This document shows positions 1-9,624 of a DNA stretch of 24,551 nt, piece by piece. Position 1 is the first letter of the stretch. Each line of letters begins with the position of its first letter. The translations under genes and the position numbers were made by a program. Under the pieces are notes generated by a model, which had not been told where the DNA came from, ran no database searches, and saw only the letters and a list, made by a program, of their open reading frames with translations. This DNA comes from Candidatus Micrarchaeota archaeon (GTDB lineage Archaea; Micrarchaeota; Micrarchaeia; Anstonellales; Bilamarchaeaceae), in NCBI GenBank assembly GCA_038046765.1, contig JBBSVN010000019.1, forward strand, positions 1-24,551, read 5' to 3'.

Positions 1-1
1 T

Positions 2-3000
2 GTTGTTAATTAGATTATTGTTTGAGAAAGTATTGTTTTCTCCTCCTGTTATGTAGATACCATAAGCATTGCTAATCAATGTAGAACTTGAAATACTATT
101 GTTAGTACTTGAACTAAACCCTAAACCGTAGTTTGTATTATTGAAAGCAGTGTTGTTTGCAATTGTTGAGTTGAAGACGGATGTGAAATTCATACCCAAG
201 AAGGTATTGTTACTTGCAGTATTGTTTGCTATGCTATTGTTGTTATTATTAAAGAAGAACAGGCCTTGGCTGTTATTGTATGCACTGTTATTTGTGATGT
301 TATTATTATCAGAACCCGCCCCTATTGAAATACCAAAATTGTAGTTGTTGTAGACAAAATTATTTATTACGACATTGCTATCAGAGGTTGTAAGATTGAT
401 TCCAGCATTAGTATTGTTTACCGCAGTATTATTAGTAACGTTGTTTTGGAGTGCAGAATTGTTGAGGAAAATACCATTTATTGCTACTGAAACAGAGTTA
501 TTGTAAATTGTATTGTTGTGACTTGCCCCAACTGCGATTCCAGCAACAGTATTTTGACCAATACTAAAATTAGCAGACACATTGTTGTTAATAACAGTAT
601 TATTATTCGAGCTACTTTGAAGGAACAGACCGAATGAACTACTATTTAAGATACGGTTGTAAGAGAAGGTATTATTAGACCCTGTAACTACATAAACCCC
701 ATAAGAATTATTTATTATAGTATTATTAGAAACAGATGTATTATGAGATGTGTCTATATTTATCCCGTAGTTCGTATTATTTAAGACATTGTTAGATACC
801 ACAACGTTGTTGTTACTTAAACCAGTAATGGAAATACCCATATTGCTATTATTTGAGAAAGTATTATTCTGGATAATTGAGCTTGAGGCAGTGGATAATA
901 AAATACCTCGCTCTTCATTTGTTGCGCTGTTATTTGTAAAGTTATTTGAATTTGAGGTAACCACATAGAAACCTTCACTACTTGCAGTAAATACATCAGA
1001 CATGAAATTATTGTAGAAAGTATTATTGTTGGAAGAATCCAATATGTAAAAACTGGCATCTGAATTGTTACGTGCAGTATTATTAACAAAAGTATTGTTA
1101 CTCGAATAAGAATTAAGATGGAACGCTCTTAGGAAAGAATAGCCACTATTGTTAAAGAATTTATTGGCTGATGAAGTCTGCAGATAAAAGGCTGCATCAG
1201 TTGATCCACCCACTAGGTAACTTGCAGTAGTTTGAACATCGTTATAAATTAAGGTATTATTGTAAGATCCGCTATATAGTGAAACACCAAGGGCAGTGTT
1301 ATTGTACATAGTATTATTTGAAAACGTATTGTTCTCAACTGCAGTGCCAAAAACACCTCGGGAATTATTGGAAAGAATGTTTCTTGAAATAGTATTATTA
1401 CTACTAGTAGCTAAGGATAACCCATATTGAGTATTATTAATTGCAGTATTATTCTCGAATGTTGCGTTGTATACAAGAGTAAGATTAAATCCGACAAAAG
1501 TATTGTTTGCGGCAGTGTTATTGAACATCGTATTATTTCCTAAGGAATTAAAGAAGAAAAATCCTTGGGAATTGTTTGTTGCACTGTTATTTGTAATGTT
1601 GTTATTGCTTACTTGTGAACCAATTGAGAAACCAAATCCATTCCCATAAGCAAAGTTATTGATTAAAACATTGTTATTGGATAAAGTTACATTGAAACCG
1701 CTTATTGTATTATTTACTGCAGTATTATTTGTTAAATTATTAACTAATGCAGAATTATTAAGGAAGAATCCATGTGCCATTGATGCTGTGTTATTGTAAA
1801 GAGTATTGTTGTAACTAGCTCCAATGTAGAAACCAGCAACACTGTTTATTGATAAACTCCAGTTGCTAGTTGCATTGTTGTTTATGATAGTATTGTTGTT
1901 TGATGTAGATTGAAGGTAGAAACCAAATGTTGTCTGGTTAATCAGGTTGTTGTATTTGAACGTATTGTTGTAACTGTTTGTTGCATACACACCATAGCTG
2001 TTATTGTATATACTGTTATCCCTTATTGTTAAATTTATTGCAGTGTCAAAGACTATACCGTTGGTGTTGTTTATTACACTGTTATTCTGAATTGTAGAGT
2101 TTAAGAATAATGTAAAGTTAAACCCTGCAAAAGTATTGTTTGCTGCACTGTTGTTTGCCACAGTATTGTTGTTATTATTAAAGAAGAAAAACCCTTGGCT
2201 GTTGTTTGTTGCTGTGTTATTTGTAATATTGTTGCTGTTGGAATTAGCTCCTACTGAAATACCAAATTGATTGTTTGAAACGACATTGTTAAAGAGAGTA
2301 ACATTCCATGCAGAAGTCAGGTTTATACCTTCAAACGTATTGTTGGTTACCGTATTATTTATAATAAGTATTTGATTGGTATTAACAGTTGTATTTACAA
2401 AAATACCATGCTTATTGTCTCGAATTGTGTTACGCGTTATATTGGTAGAATTAGTATCATAAACGAGGATACCAAAAGTAGTATTGAAAATAGTATTATT
2501 TGTGATATTAGTTCCTGCAGTCCCATCTGAAGCTCCGTTTTCTATAAGAACACCATATAAAGAATTTGAAATTGTATTGTTTTCAATTCCATTTAATTGG
2601 GCAAACCCTAAAAAGTAAATACCAATATTATCTGGGCTAGCACTAACGTATCCAGCAATAGAAGTATTTGTAATTGTATTATTTGCAATAACGTTCCTGG
2701 AAAATAGATTGTTGCTACCTGCAATAATTCCGATTGGCGTATTATTCATAAAATTATTTGCAATTAAACTGTCGTTCATAACCCCAAGACTAATCCCGGA
2801 ACCTGCAACCCGAATAATCGTGTTGTTAGTAATATTTACAAATTTGCCCCCAACACTTAGTCCAGTGGTAAGATTGAAAAGGCTGTTATTATTAACAACA
2901 GCATAAATACTACCGCTGCCAGAAAGAAATATACCAGTACCGGAAAGATTATAGAGAAGATTATTTTGGAAAATAGAATAGTTAGAATCATAATTGATGT

Positions 3001-3916
3001 TTATTCCATTCCCGCTAATATTAAAGATAATATTATCACTTATATTACAGGTTGAGCAGTACATTAGCATAATGGCACCATCCCCGCCTGTACCGTTGTA
3101 AATAGTATTATTGCGAATAGTATAATTAATCTGATGATTTAAATCCTGTGTATTAGTTATACCATTACTAGTAAAATTATAAATCGTATTATTTGAGAGA
3201 GTATTGTTTTTGCTGCTGCCATTTATTTCAATTGCATTAGTAGATACATTTGCTATTGTGGTGTTTTCGATTAAGCTAATGTTACTGTTTTGTAGATAAA
3301 TACCAAGCACAACATTTCCTATTTTTGTATTTCTTATGTAAGAATAATTGCTGTTATTGATATGGATTGCGGCATTTGTAGTTGAACGATTTATCCATAA
3401 ACCCCCAATTGTAACATTTTCAGTGAAATTTAAATTTATTGCAGCACCGGTTGAGGTAGTAATGTTTGAGTCATTTATGTTAACTCCGTTTGCAGCTGTA
3501 AATGCACCATCAACAATAATACCAGGCACTGCTGAAGAGTTAATTGTTAAGTTGGTTATATTTACATTAATTGCAGTTATGTTAAATACAGAGTTTCCTT
3601 CGTTAGGATGACTAGATATATTTACTGTTTCAAGTCGACCAATACCAACTAAATTTATTGAAAAATTAATGTTAGCTCCACCAATATAAAATCCAGATTC
3701 ATTACATACCATAATAGTATCTCCAGGCAATCCTCTTGCTGCTGCCATGGCAATACCTGCAACAAGAGTTCCGTTAGAATTTGTAGAATTAGCTCCATAG
3801 CTAGAACATGAAGTTGTATTAACAAACCATTTAGTCCCATCTGCAAATGCAAAAACATTTACAGTTAAAAATGCCAAGATAATTAATAGTCCAAAAATTA
3901 ATTTAAAATAATTCAT
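2..3916 (-). CDS. Large secreted right-handed parallel beta-helix (NosD/CASH/PbH1-repeat) surface protein, >1300 aa, 3' end outside window
   Basis: ATG at 3916 gives MNYFKLIFGLLIILAFLTVNVFAFADGTKWFVNTTSC..., a signal peptide followed by a 'GDTIMVC' motif. Asn-rich G-x-hydrophobic beta-helix coils continue in the same frame to the window edge (e.g. YGIYITGGENNTFSNNNLINN at ~64-2). I translated both ends by hand; its absence from the ORF track is consistent with no stop inside the window. Confidence 0.9.
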   Translation of the reverse strand, partial: MNYFKLIFGLLIILAFLTVNVFAFADGTKWFVNTTSCSSYGANSTNSNGTLVAGIAMAAARGLPGDTIMVCNESGFYIGGANINFSINLVGIGRLETVNISSHPNEGNSVFNITAINVNITNLTINSSAVPGIIVDGAFTAANGVNINDSNITTSTGAAINLNFTENVTIGGLWINRSTTNAAIHINNSNYSYIRNTKIGNVVLGIYLQNSNISLIENTTIANVSTNAIEINGSSKNNTLSNNTIYNFTSNGITNTQDLNHQINYTIRNNTIYNGTGGDGAIMLMYCSTCNISDNIIFNISGNGININYDSNYSIFQNNLLYNLSGTGIFLSGSGSIYAVVNNNSLFNLTTGLSVGGKFVNITNNTIIRVAGSGISLGVMNDSLIANNFMNNTPIGIIAGSNNLFSRNVIANNTITNTSIAGYVSASPDNIGIYFLGFAQLNGIENNTISNSLYGVLIENGASDGTAGTNITNNTIFNTTFGILVYDTNSTNITRNTIRDNKHGIFVNTTVNTNQILIINNTVTNNTFEGINLTSAWNVTLFNNVVSNNQFGISVGANSNSNNITNNTATNNSQGFFFFNNNNNTVANNSAANNTFAGFNFTLFLNSTIQNNSVINNTNGIVFDTAINLTIRDNSIYNNSYGVYATNSYNNTFKYNNLINQTTFGFYLQSTSNNNTIINNNATSNWSLSINSVAGFYIGASYNNTLYNNTASMAHGFFLNNSALVNNLTNNTAVNNTISGFNVTLSNNNVLINNFAYGNGFGFSIGSQVSNNNITNNSATNNSQGFFFFNSLGNNTMFNNTAANNTFVGFNLTLVYNATFENNTAINNTQYGLSLATSSNNTISRNILSNNSRGVFGTAVENNTFSNNTMYNNTALGVSLYSGSYNNTLIYNDVQTTASYLVGGSTDAAFYLQTSSANKFFNNSGYSFLRAFHLNSYSSNNTFVNNTARNNSDASFYILDSSNNNTFYNNFMSDVFTASSEGFYVVTSNSNNFTNNSATNEERGILLSTASSSIIQNNTFSNNSNMGISITGLSNNNVVVSNNVLNNTNYGINIDTSHNTSVSNNTIINNSYGVYVVTGSNNTFSYNRILNSSSFGLFLQSSSNNNTVINNNVSANFSIGQNTVAGIAVGASHNNTIYNNSVSVAINGIFLNNSALQNNVTNNTAVNNTNAGINLTTSDSNVVINNFVYNNYNFGISIGAGSDNNNITNNSAYNNSQGLFFFNNNNNSIANNTASNNTFLGMNFTSVFNSTIANNTAFNNTNYGLGFSSSTNNSISSSTLISNAYGIYITGGENNTFSNNNLINN

Positions 3917-3938
3917 GAGCAATAAAAAGGAAACAAGA

Positions 3939-3950
3939 TTTATAAATAAA
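3939..3950 (-). promoter_or_regulatory. Putative TATA box for the (leaderless) beta-helix gene
   Basis: TTTATTTATAAA on the minus strand ~25-30 nt upstream of ATG 3916. No SD is visible. Confidence 0.45.
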
Positions 3951-3980
3951 TGCACATGCTAGAAAAAATAAGAAATTATT

Positions 3981-4895
3981 TTAACAGGCATTCTTTTGCA
4001 GATTTATATTTTTTATTTCAAGCATATCAGTTAATGCACCATCAGGATTATTTTGAGCCAGCATAGAATCAATTTTTGCAAGTTTTGCTTCGGCATTGGC
4101 AGCTAAGTTATTCAAACAATTTATAGATTGCTTTAGTGAGAATAAATTTTCCCTGGTATCTGCAATTTCCTTTCTTAGTAAATCCAAATTATATTTTTTT
4201 GCCTGCTCTGCCTTAGATTGTATTTCTTCGTTCTGTTTTTTAGCATCCTCAAGTTTTTGCAAGATAGAAAGAGTTAGATTGTTGTCAGATGAAGTAATGT
4301 TATTCTGAATATTATTAATAACTGTATTTTGATTTATAACTGTTGAATTGGAGCCAGAACTAGGTGGTGAAGTACCAGCAGTGGTTTGTGTTTCCTTTTC
4401 CAGATTTTTTTGATTTTTTGATTCAACTTCCCTGATTTGATTTTGAAGAGAAGCAATTTTAGATTCATATTCAATAATTTTCTTTAAAACAGAATCAATC
4501 GCAAATAAGTCATTGGTATTTTTCCTTGATTGAACATCATTTATAGACTTTTGAAATTCATTAAGCGTATTTAAATAATCCTCTAAAAATTTGTATGTAT
4601 CCTCTAGATTTTCACTATTAGAATTTGAGTTTTGATCTGGTGGAAGCCTAGAAATTGAATTTTCCAAATTTCCTATTCGTTTATCTAAAACTTCAGTAGC
4701 TTTTAATGCCTTTTTAGCACTATCAAATTCCAGAGCCAATTTTGTATTATCCATATTTTTTTCAAAGTTATATGTAAGAGAATCTGGATCAACTTCTGCT
4801 TTTGCAGGACTTTGAAAGGAAAACAATATTGCAACTAAAATAATAAATCCGATTACCAGAACAGTTAGTATGTGCAAGGGTTTAATTTCTACCAT
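3981..4895 (-). CDS. Hypothetical membrane-anchored/secreted coiled-coil protein
   Basis: Likely start is ATG 4895 (MVEIKPLHILTVLVIGFIILVAILFSF..). It has an N-terminal hydrophobic helix, long heptad-rich E/K/Q/N helices and an S/T/N-rich linker (TTAGTSPPSSGSNSTVINQNT). Confidence 0.75.
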   Translation of the reverse strand: MVEIKPLHILTVLVIGFIILVAILFSFQSPAKAEVDPDSLTYNFEKNMDNTKLALEFDSAKKALKATEVLDKRIGNLENSISRLPPDQNSNSNSENLEDTYKFLEDYLNTLNEFQKSINDVQSRKNTNDLFAIDSVLKKIIEYESKIASLQNQIREVESKNQKNLEKETQTTAGTSPPSSGSNSTVINQNTVINNIQNNITSSDNNLTLSILQKLEDAKKQNEEIQSKAEQAKKYNLDLLRKEIADTRENLFSLKQSINCLNNLAANAEAKLAKIDSMLAQNNPDGALTDMLEIKNINLQKNAC

Positions 4896-4963
4896 GCATT
4901 TGATAACGAAGATTAGGTTTTTATTAGATTGTAGTATTAACAAAACAAAAAATATAGTGAATT

Positions 4964-6217
4964 TTAATCAATATCCTTATTTTTAGCTGATTTTACTATA
5001 ATACTATTGAAGCCATAATCTAATATGGGAAGAATTAGTCTAACTGCATTTTTAGTTTTTTGTTTAGCTTTTTTATAACCTTCAGATTTATAAGAATATT
5101 CTTTTTGAGCTTTTAAAGAACTTATTTTAGCGTCAAAATCTTCATAGCTAACAATGTAGTTAAAACTTTCCCAAGATGTGAGAACTACTCGAATACAATA
5201 TGGGTTAAACATAGATGGAACAATATCTATTGATATGTCAACTCTGGCAGCATCAACATTCTTAAGGTAAGATGACCATTTATTACCCCATCCGTGCCCA
5301 CTTAGCCCGAATTGTTCATCACCATTTATATAAGCATAATCCTTAAACGGTTTAACACTTACAGTATATTCATGTTCTGGCAAAACAGCTCTAATTTCCT
5401 GAGCTAACTTATTTGTACGGTATTCAAGAATATTTGTTGAATTAGCATTAACTACTAAAGACAAAATAAAAAAGGTTGCTGCAACGAATAAAGATCTAGT
5501 TAGGTAAAAGTTTCTAATAAAATTATTTTTAACCCCAGACAAAAACAAATGGTAATGTAGAAATTCACTATAGCTCGTATCAACATTTTGATAATAAGTC
5601 TGTTTGTATGTTTGTTCTTCTCTGCCACTATAAGAACGAATAACTTCAGTTTTTTTTATAGTACGTTGACCATGAATAATCACAAAATGAGGTTCGACGA
5701 AAACATGAGAAATACTTAGATCCGAACTTAAATACCCCATTTGTGGACAGCCTTGACCTAAACAGGAGGGGTTAATTGAAGGTTTCTTATCTGCTTCAAG
5801 CAACTTTATAGCATTTATTAAGAAGTCTAATTGATTTAGAAACTGAGTTCTTATCTTACTATCTCCACGAAAATGATCGATAAGAGTTCTTGACCGAAAA
5901 AAAGACAAACGAATAAATTCTTTAACTAGCCTCGATCTTTCTAAAAGTTTTTTATCATCTGGACTTTCATTAAGAAATGAGTCTATTTTTGACAGAGTAT
6001 TTGTTTGGACAAGGTCACTACTACAATGAAACCTAAATAAAAAATTCAAATAAGATTTAATTGCCTCTTTTGTTTCTTCTATTACTGCTGATTTTAGTCC
6101 TTTGGTCTTTCTGATTTCTTCATAATAAAGTTTGGGTAAAAATTTTCTTTTTAGAATAGTAATGATTTTAGGCCTTACAGAAGAAGATGGTGATTGTTTT
6201 GGATGACTTTTTTGCAT
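4964..6217 (-). CDS. Hypothetical orphan protein with one central TM helix
   Basis: 417-aa ORF with ATG start, basic N-terminus and hydrophobic segment SLFVAATFFILSLVV. No recognisable family motif. Confidence 0.75.
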   Translation of the reverse strand: MQKSHPKQSPSSSVRPKIITILKRKFLPKLYYEEIRKTKGLKSAVIEETKEAIKSYLNFLFRFHCSSDLVQTNTLSKIDSFLNESPDDKKLLERSRLVKEFIRLSFFRSRTLIDHFRGDSKIRTQFLNQLDFLINAIKLLEADKKPSINPSCLGQGCPQMGYLSSDLSISHVFVEPHFVIIHGQRTIKKTEVIRSYSGREEQTYKQTYYQNVDTSYSEFLHYHLFLSGVKNNFIRNFYLTRSLFVAATFFILSLVVNANSTNILEYRTNKLAQEIRAVLPEHEYTVSVKPFKDYAYINGDEQFGLSGHGWGNKWSSYLKNVDAARVDISIDIVPSMFNPYCIRVVLTSWESFNYIVSYEDFDAKISSLKAQKEYSYKSEGYKKAKQKTKNAVRLILPILDYGFNSIIVKSAKNKDID

Positions 6218-6248
6218 ATTATCTTAATTATCTAGTAAGAACAACATA

Positions 6249-6255
6249 TTTTAAA
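6249..6255. promoter_or_regulatory. Possible shared TATA box of a divergent gene pair
   Basis: TTTTAAA in the 60-bp gap, ~23-29 nt from ATG 6278 and ~32-38 nt from ATG 6217. Confidence 0.35.
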
Positions 6256-6277
6256 CATATCTTAACATCGTTTATTC

Positions 6278-7183
6278 ATGGCTTTGACAAAACAACTAGT
6301 TCTAGAAAGATTTCGAAAAAGATTCCCTGGAGATACTGTAATTGAAATACCAAAGATAACTGCCCCAAGGTACATCGAAGCGTGTGAAGGAATATTTGTA
6401 AGTCGTATTCAAACGCGCCATGATGAAATAAAAAAATTCAAAAAAATTACTGATGAAGTGGGTTTAATTGATCAAGTTTTTGATGAACTAGAGAGAAAAC
6501 CAGATACAGGATTCGTTAAATGGGGTTATAGACATAGTTCTATTGATAATCACCCTGTAGGGAGAATAGTCGATAAATGCCACGCTAGTTCTCCTGAAAT
6601 TACAGCCAAAAAATATGATTTTGATATGGAAGTAATAACTATGTTTAGATATGCAACCACTTTGGAATCATTAGAACAAAGAAAAAGATTTATTCTTGAG
6701 CTATTGAACCTTGCAACACCATTTTTGGATTCGTGTAGGAGTCAAGAAATTTTAGATATACTCCAGATATGCTTAAAATCATTAAAAGAAATTAGTGAAA
6801 AGCTAAGAAATATACCTTATCCTTTATTTCGAAACTACAATGTAAATAGTTATTATGTTAAAAGAACTACAAGTGTAACTATTCCGGGTTCAGTAAGAAA
6901 CGAAGTAGTTGGATGGAATTATAACAATGTATCTCATGGATACGGCGTAAGTAGGCAAAACTATCGACCTATAATGCAAACAAGTTATACATCAGCATCA
7001 ACGAAAGAAGTGGAAGTAAAGGTTTTAGGTGGATTTAGGCTTGTAGATAGCTATATCCAGATGACTGCCATCATGGTTGGGATTATTTGGTTGACGATAA
7101 TCTTTGGATCAGGTTTCTTAGTAAAAAAATGTGTCTATGAAAGATTTTTTGAGCAAAATCAAGAACAGACTCAGAAAAAGTAA
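6278..7183 (+). CDS. Hypothetical orphan protein with C-terminal TM helix (tail-anchored)
   Basis: 301-aa ORF with hydrophobic segment MTAIMVGIIWLTIIFGSGFLV near the C-terminus. Confidence 0.75.
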   Translation: MALTKQLVLERFRKRFPGDTVIEIPKITAPRYIEACEGIFVSRIQTRHDEIKKFKKITDEVGLIDQVFDELERKPDTGFVKWGYRHSSIDNHPVGRIVDKCHASSPEITAKKYDFDMEVITMFRYATTLESLEQRKRFILELLNLATPFLDSCRSQEILDILQICLKSLKEISEKLRNIPYPLFRNYNVNSYYVKRTTSVTIPGSVRNEVVGWNYNNVSHGYGVSRQNYRPIMQTSYTSASTKEVEVKVLGGFRLVDSYIQMTAIMVGIIWLTIIFGSGFLVKKCVYERFFEQNQEQTQKK

Positions 7184-7218
7184 AGAAAATAAGAAAAAAA
7201 GGAAAAGGTAGAAAACGA

Positions 7219-7962
7219 TTATTTTTGTTGAGCATAAAATGCTCTTACTTGTGCCATTTCTTGAGCTAAAAGTTCGGATTGTTCAAATCGTTCTACTCTT
7301 ACTTTTAGTATTTCCAATGCACCATCAAATTCTCTGGTGATTGCATCGTCGAATCCTCTGATTGCAGAACCAAGCATACCTAATTCTTGTTCTCTAGTAG
7401 ATATCTCTTTTTTCTGAGCAAGAACTCCCTTGACAAAATTATAAACAGATTTTGCGAATGGAACTGCAAGAATAACTGAACCAACTGACAAGATAGCTAC
7501 AGATAACCATTTAGGCATTGGAAATAGCAAAACAGGAATTGCACTTGCTATAGATGGTTGAAGTACTGAATCAAGTGAAGGAACTTTTGTAGCCTTTAGT
7601 TGAACAAGTTCTCTTTGAGCCCTGGCAGCTTGTAATTTTAGTTCAACCAATTTTTGTTGATAGGCTTCTTTTCCATCTTGAACAGTTTGCATTACAGACA
7701 GAGCAGTAGCAACTGCCATAGATAGATCTTCCCTCTTAGTTGGAGAAAAATGAACATCTTCATGCTTAAATCCTAAAGAGGTAGTTTTAGTTGGAAACCT
7801 AACAGCTAGAGCAAGATGTGCTTGTGCCTGATGCTGATTATGAAAGTCCGATAATTCTCTAACTAAAGAACTTTGTACGAAAGATTTTCTATTTGCATTT
7901 AAGCCCCTGCTGGTTTTATCATAATAAATTGGAAATCCTTTTTGTTCAAAAGTCATACTCAT
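7219..7962 (-). CDS. Hypothetical helical protein with a central hydrophobic hairpin between coiled coils
   Basis: 247-aa ORF with a strong SD (AAGGTGA) before the ATG. Contains IASAIPVLLFPMPKWLSVAILSVGSVILAVPF flanked by amphipathic helices. Confidence 0.8.
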   Translation of the reverse strand: MSMTFEQKGFPIYYDKTSRGLNANRKSFVQSSLVRELSDFHNQHQAQAHLALAVRFPTKTTSLGFKHEDVHFSPTKREDLSMAVATALSVMQTVQDGKEAYQQKLVELKLQAARAQRELVQLKATKVPSLDSVLQPSIASAIPVLLFPMPKWLSVAILSVGSVILAVPFAKSVYNFVKGVLAQKKEISTREQELGMLGSAIRGFDDAITREFDGALEILKVRVERFEQSELLAQEMAQVRAFYAQQK

Positions 7963-8040
7963 AGTAATTTCACCTTAAAAGAAATATATGTAAGCTAAGG
8001 TTTAAAAGTAGTGATGTTAAAGGTAAGAAACTGGAGGAAT

Positions 8041-9018
8041 TTAATAGTTAAATACCCTTTCCATTAAATCGATTCGATAACCAGTATTTGGTTTCCAAAA
8101 ATCAACTGGCTTTGTACCGAATTTTTCATAAAGAACAGAACCTGCATAAGCTATCATTGCCCCATTATCCCGATTAAATTCATCAGCAGCAACTCCAAAC
8201 TCGACTTTATCTTCATGCGCCATTGTTTTTAGCATAGATTGTAAAGTCCGATTTTGTGCAACCCCGCCACAAACAATTATACTTTTCTTTTTTGTCAAAA
8301 ATAGCGCGCGTTCAGCAACTTCGCAGGTCATTGCAAAAGCAGTTTGCATAATCGAATATGCTAAATCTTCTTTCGAATGTTTTGAAATCGATTTTTCGCT
8401 TTGAGTTAATAGACCAGAAAAAACTAAGTTCATACCCTTAACAGTATAGGGCAATTCAACGTATTTTCCATCTTTAGATAGTTTCTCTAAACTGCTGCCA
8501 TGCGCATATTCTAATTTTAAAGCACGGGCAAAAGAATCAAAAAGATTCCCAATCCCAATATCTAGCGTTTCCCCAAGTACTTTGTAAAATTCGCCTTCTT
8601 GAACTAGAAGCTGGGTATTTCCACCGCTTACATAAACAACCAGCGAATCATTTAATTTCGTTAGATGTTCAGTTATTTTAACATGAGCATAAGGATGGTT
8701 TACCCCAATTATTTTTTTATTAAAGCGTGCAGCAAGATATTTCGCTCCTGCAATTCCTGCGCTTAAAGGCGCACCAATACCGGGCCCTTGAGAAAATGCA
8801 ACTAAATCGATCCCAGATATTTTTAATTTTGCATTAAGTAAATTTTCTTTTAAAACCTTAGAAAAAACTTCCGCGTGATGATCTGCCGCATTTCTAGGTA
8901 AAATCCCCTCTCCTTTAGGCGGACGATAAATATCGTGAATATTTGATAAGACTTTTCCATCGTCAACTATCCCAATACCTAAAGTATGAGCAGTGCATTC
9001 AACCCCTAGAGTGATCAT
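8041..9018 (-). CDS. kae1: tRNA N6-threonylcarbamoyladenosine (t6A) synthesis protein Kae1 (KEOPS)
   Basis: Motifs LGVECTAHT, FSQGPGIG, VNHPYAH (HxxxH), YVSGGNTQ, GETLDIGIGN, GGVAQN and DNGAMIA. No Bud32 fusion. Confidence 0.95.
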   Translation of the reverse strand: MITLGVECTAHTLGIGIVDDGKVLSNIHDIYRPPKGEGILPRNAADHHAEVFSKVLKENLLNAKLKISGIDLVAFSQGPGIGAPLSAGIAGAKYLAARFNKKIIGVNHPYAHVKITEHLTKLNDSLVVYVSGGNTQLLVQEGEFYKVLGETLDIGIGNLFDSFARALKLEYAHGSSLEKLSKDGKYVELPYTVKGMNLVFSGLLTQSEKSISKHSKEDLAYSIMQTAFAMTCEVAERALFLTKKKSIIVCGGVAQNRTLQSMLKTMAHEDKVEFGVAADEFNRDNGAMIAYAGSVLYEKFGTKPVDFWKPNTGYRIDLMERVFNY

Positions 9019-9620
9019 GAGATTACCTTAATCATAGATATTGAAAATAGATTAAATAACAAATGGATCAGAATACATGGCCAAAGCGAACCAGAGCGTT
9101 TGTAAATTATTGCAAAAAGATATCCGATAAAAAATACGCCTATCACTTCAGTAATTGAACCGTATAAGATATGGAACAATGCGAATATAGCAGTTGAAAG
9201 AAAGTTACCTATTTTCGAAGATAAAAAACCTCGAAAAAATAATTCCTCTGTAAAAGGTGCAATAAATATCCCAAAAAATAAAATGTAATATGGAAAAGAA
9301 TTTACTTTTGATGCGACATTTGATTGATCATTGATCTTAAGAAAATTAACTAGAATACCCAAGATAATTGATAAAAGAAAGACAGATACTAATCCGACAA
9401 AGGTATAATAAATTACAGTAGATAAACTAACATCTAAAATACCAATATTTTTTAGTGTTGTTGAAATATTTTTATTATATAAGAAGCACAGTGAAATGGA
9501 AAACAATCCAAAATGTAAAACTACAACTTGCCAATAAGAGATATTAAAAATAAAGAAACCTGAAATAACAAGTAAAACAAAAATTGAAAAAAATATAATG
9601 AATAAATCAGACTGTTTCAT
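9015..9620 (-). CDS. CPBP/CAAX-family intramembrane glutamic protease
   Basis: Multi-TM protein with APFTEELFFRGFL (EExxxR), FALFH and HLLFN motifs. The likely start is ATG 9620, just after the rps27ae stop. Its stop overlaps the kae1 start (ATGA). Confidence 0.9.
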   Translation of the reverse strand: MKQSDLFIIFFSIFVLLVISGFFIFNISYWQVVVLHFGLFSISLCFLYNKNISTTLKNIGILDVSLSTVIYYTFVGLVSVFLLSIILGILVNFLKINDQSNVASKVNSFPYYILFFGIFIAPFTEELFFRGFLSSKIGNFLSTAIFALFHILYGSITEVIGVFFIGYLFAIIYKRSGSLWPCILIHLLFNLFSISMIKVIS

Positions 9621-9624
9621 GTAA

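Noticed and set aside
190..2340. AAC-rich repeats as a diversity-generating retroelement template/variable pair
   Set aside because: Differences between copies are not restricted to adenines, all copies are in-frame within one gene, and there is no reverse transcriptase in the window.
141..3858. Six small ORFs (141-344, 817-1089, 1467-1649, 2709-2906, 3348-3611, 3655-3858), two of which resemble each other
   Set aside because: They are antisense or off-frame shadows of the Asn-rich beta-helix gene. The Leu/Val richness comes from reverse-complemented AAY codons, and their mutual similarity reflects the internal duplication.
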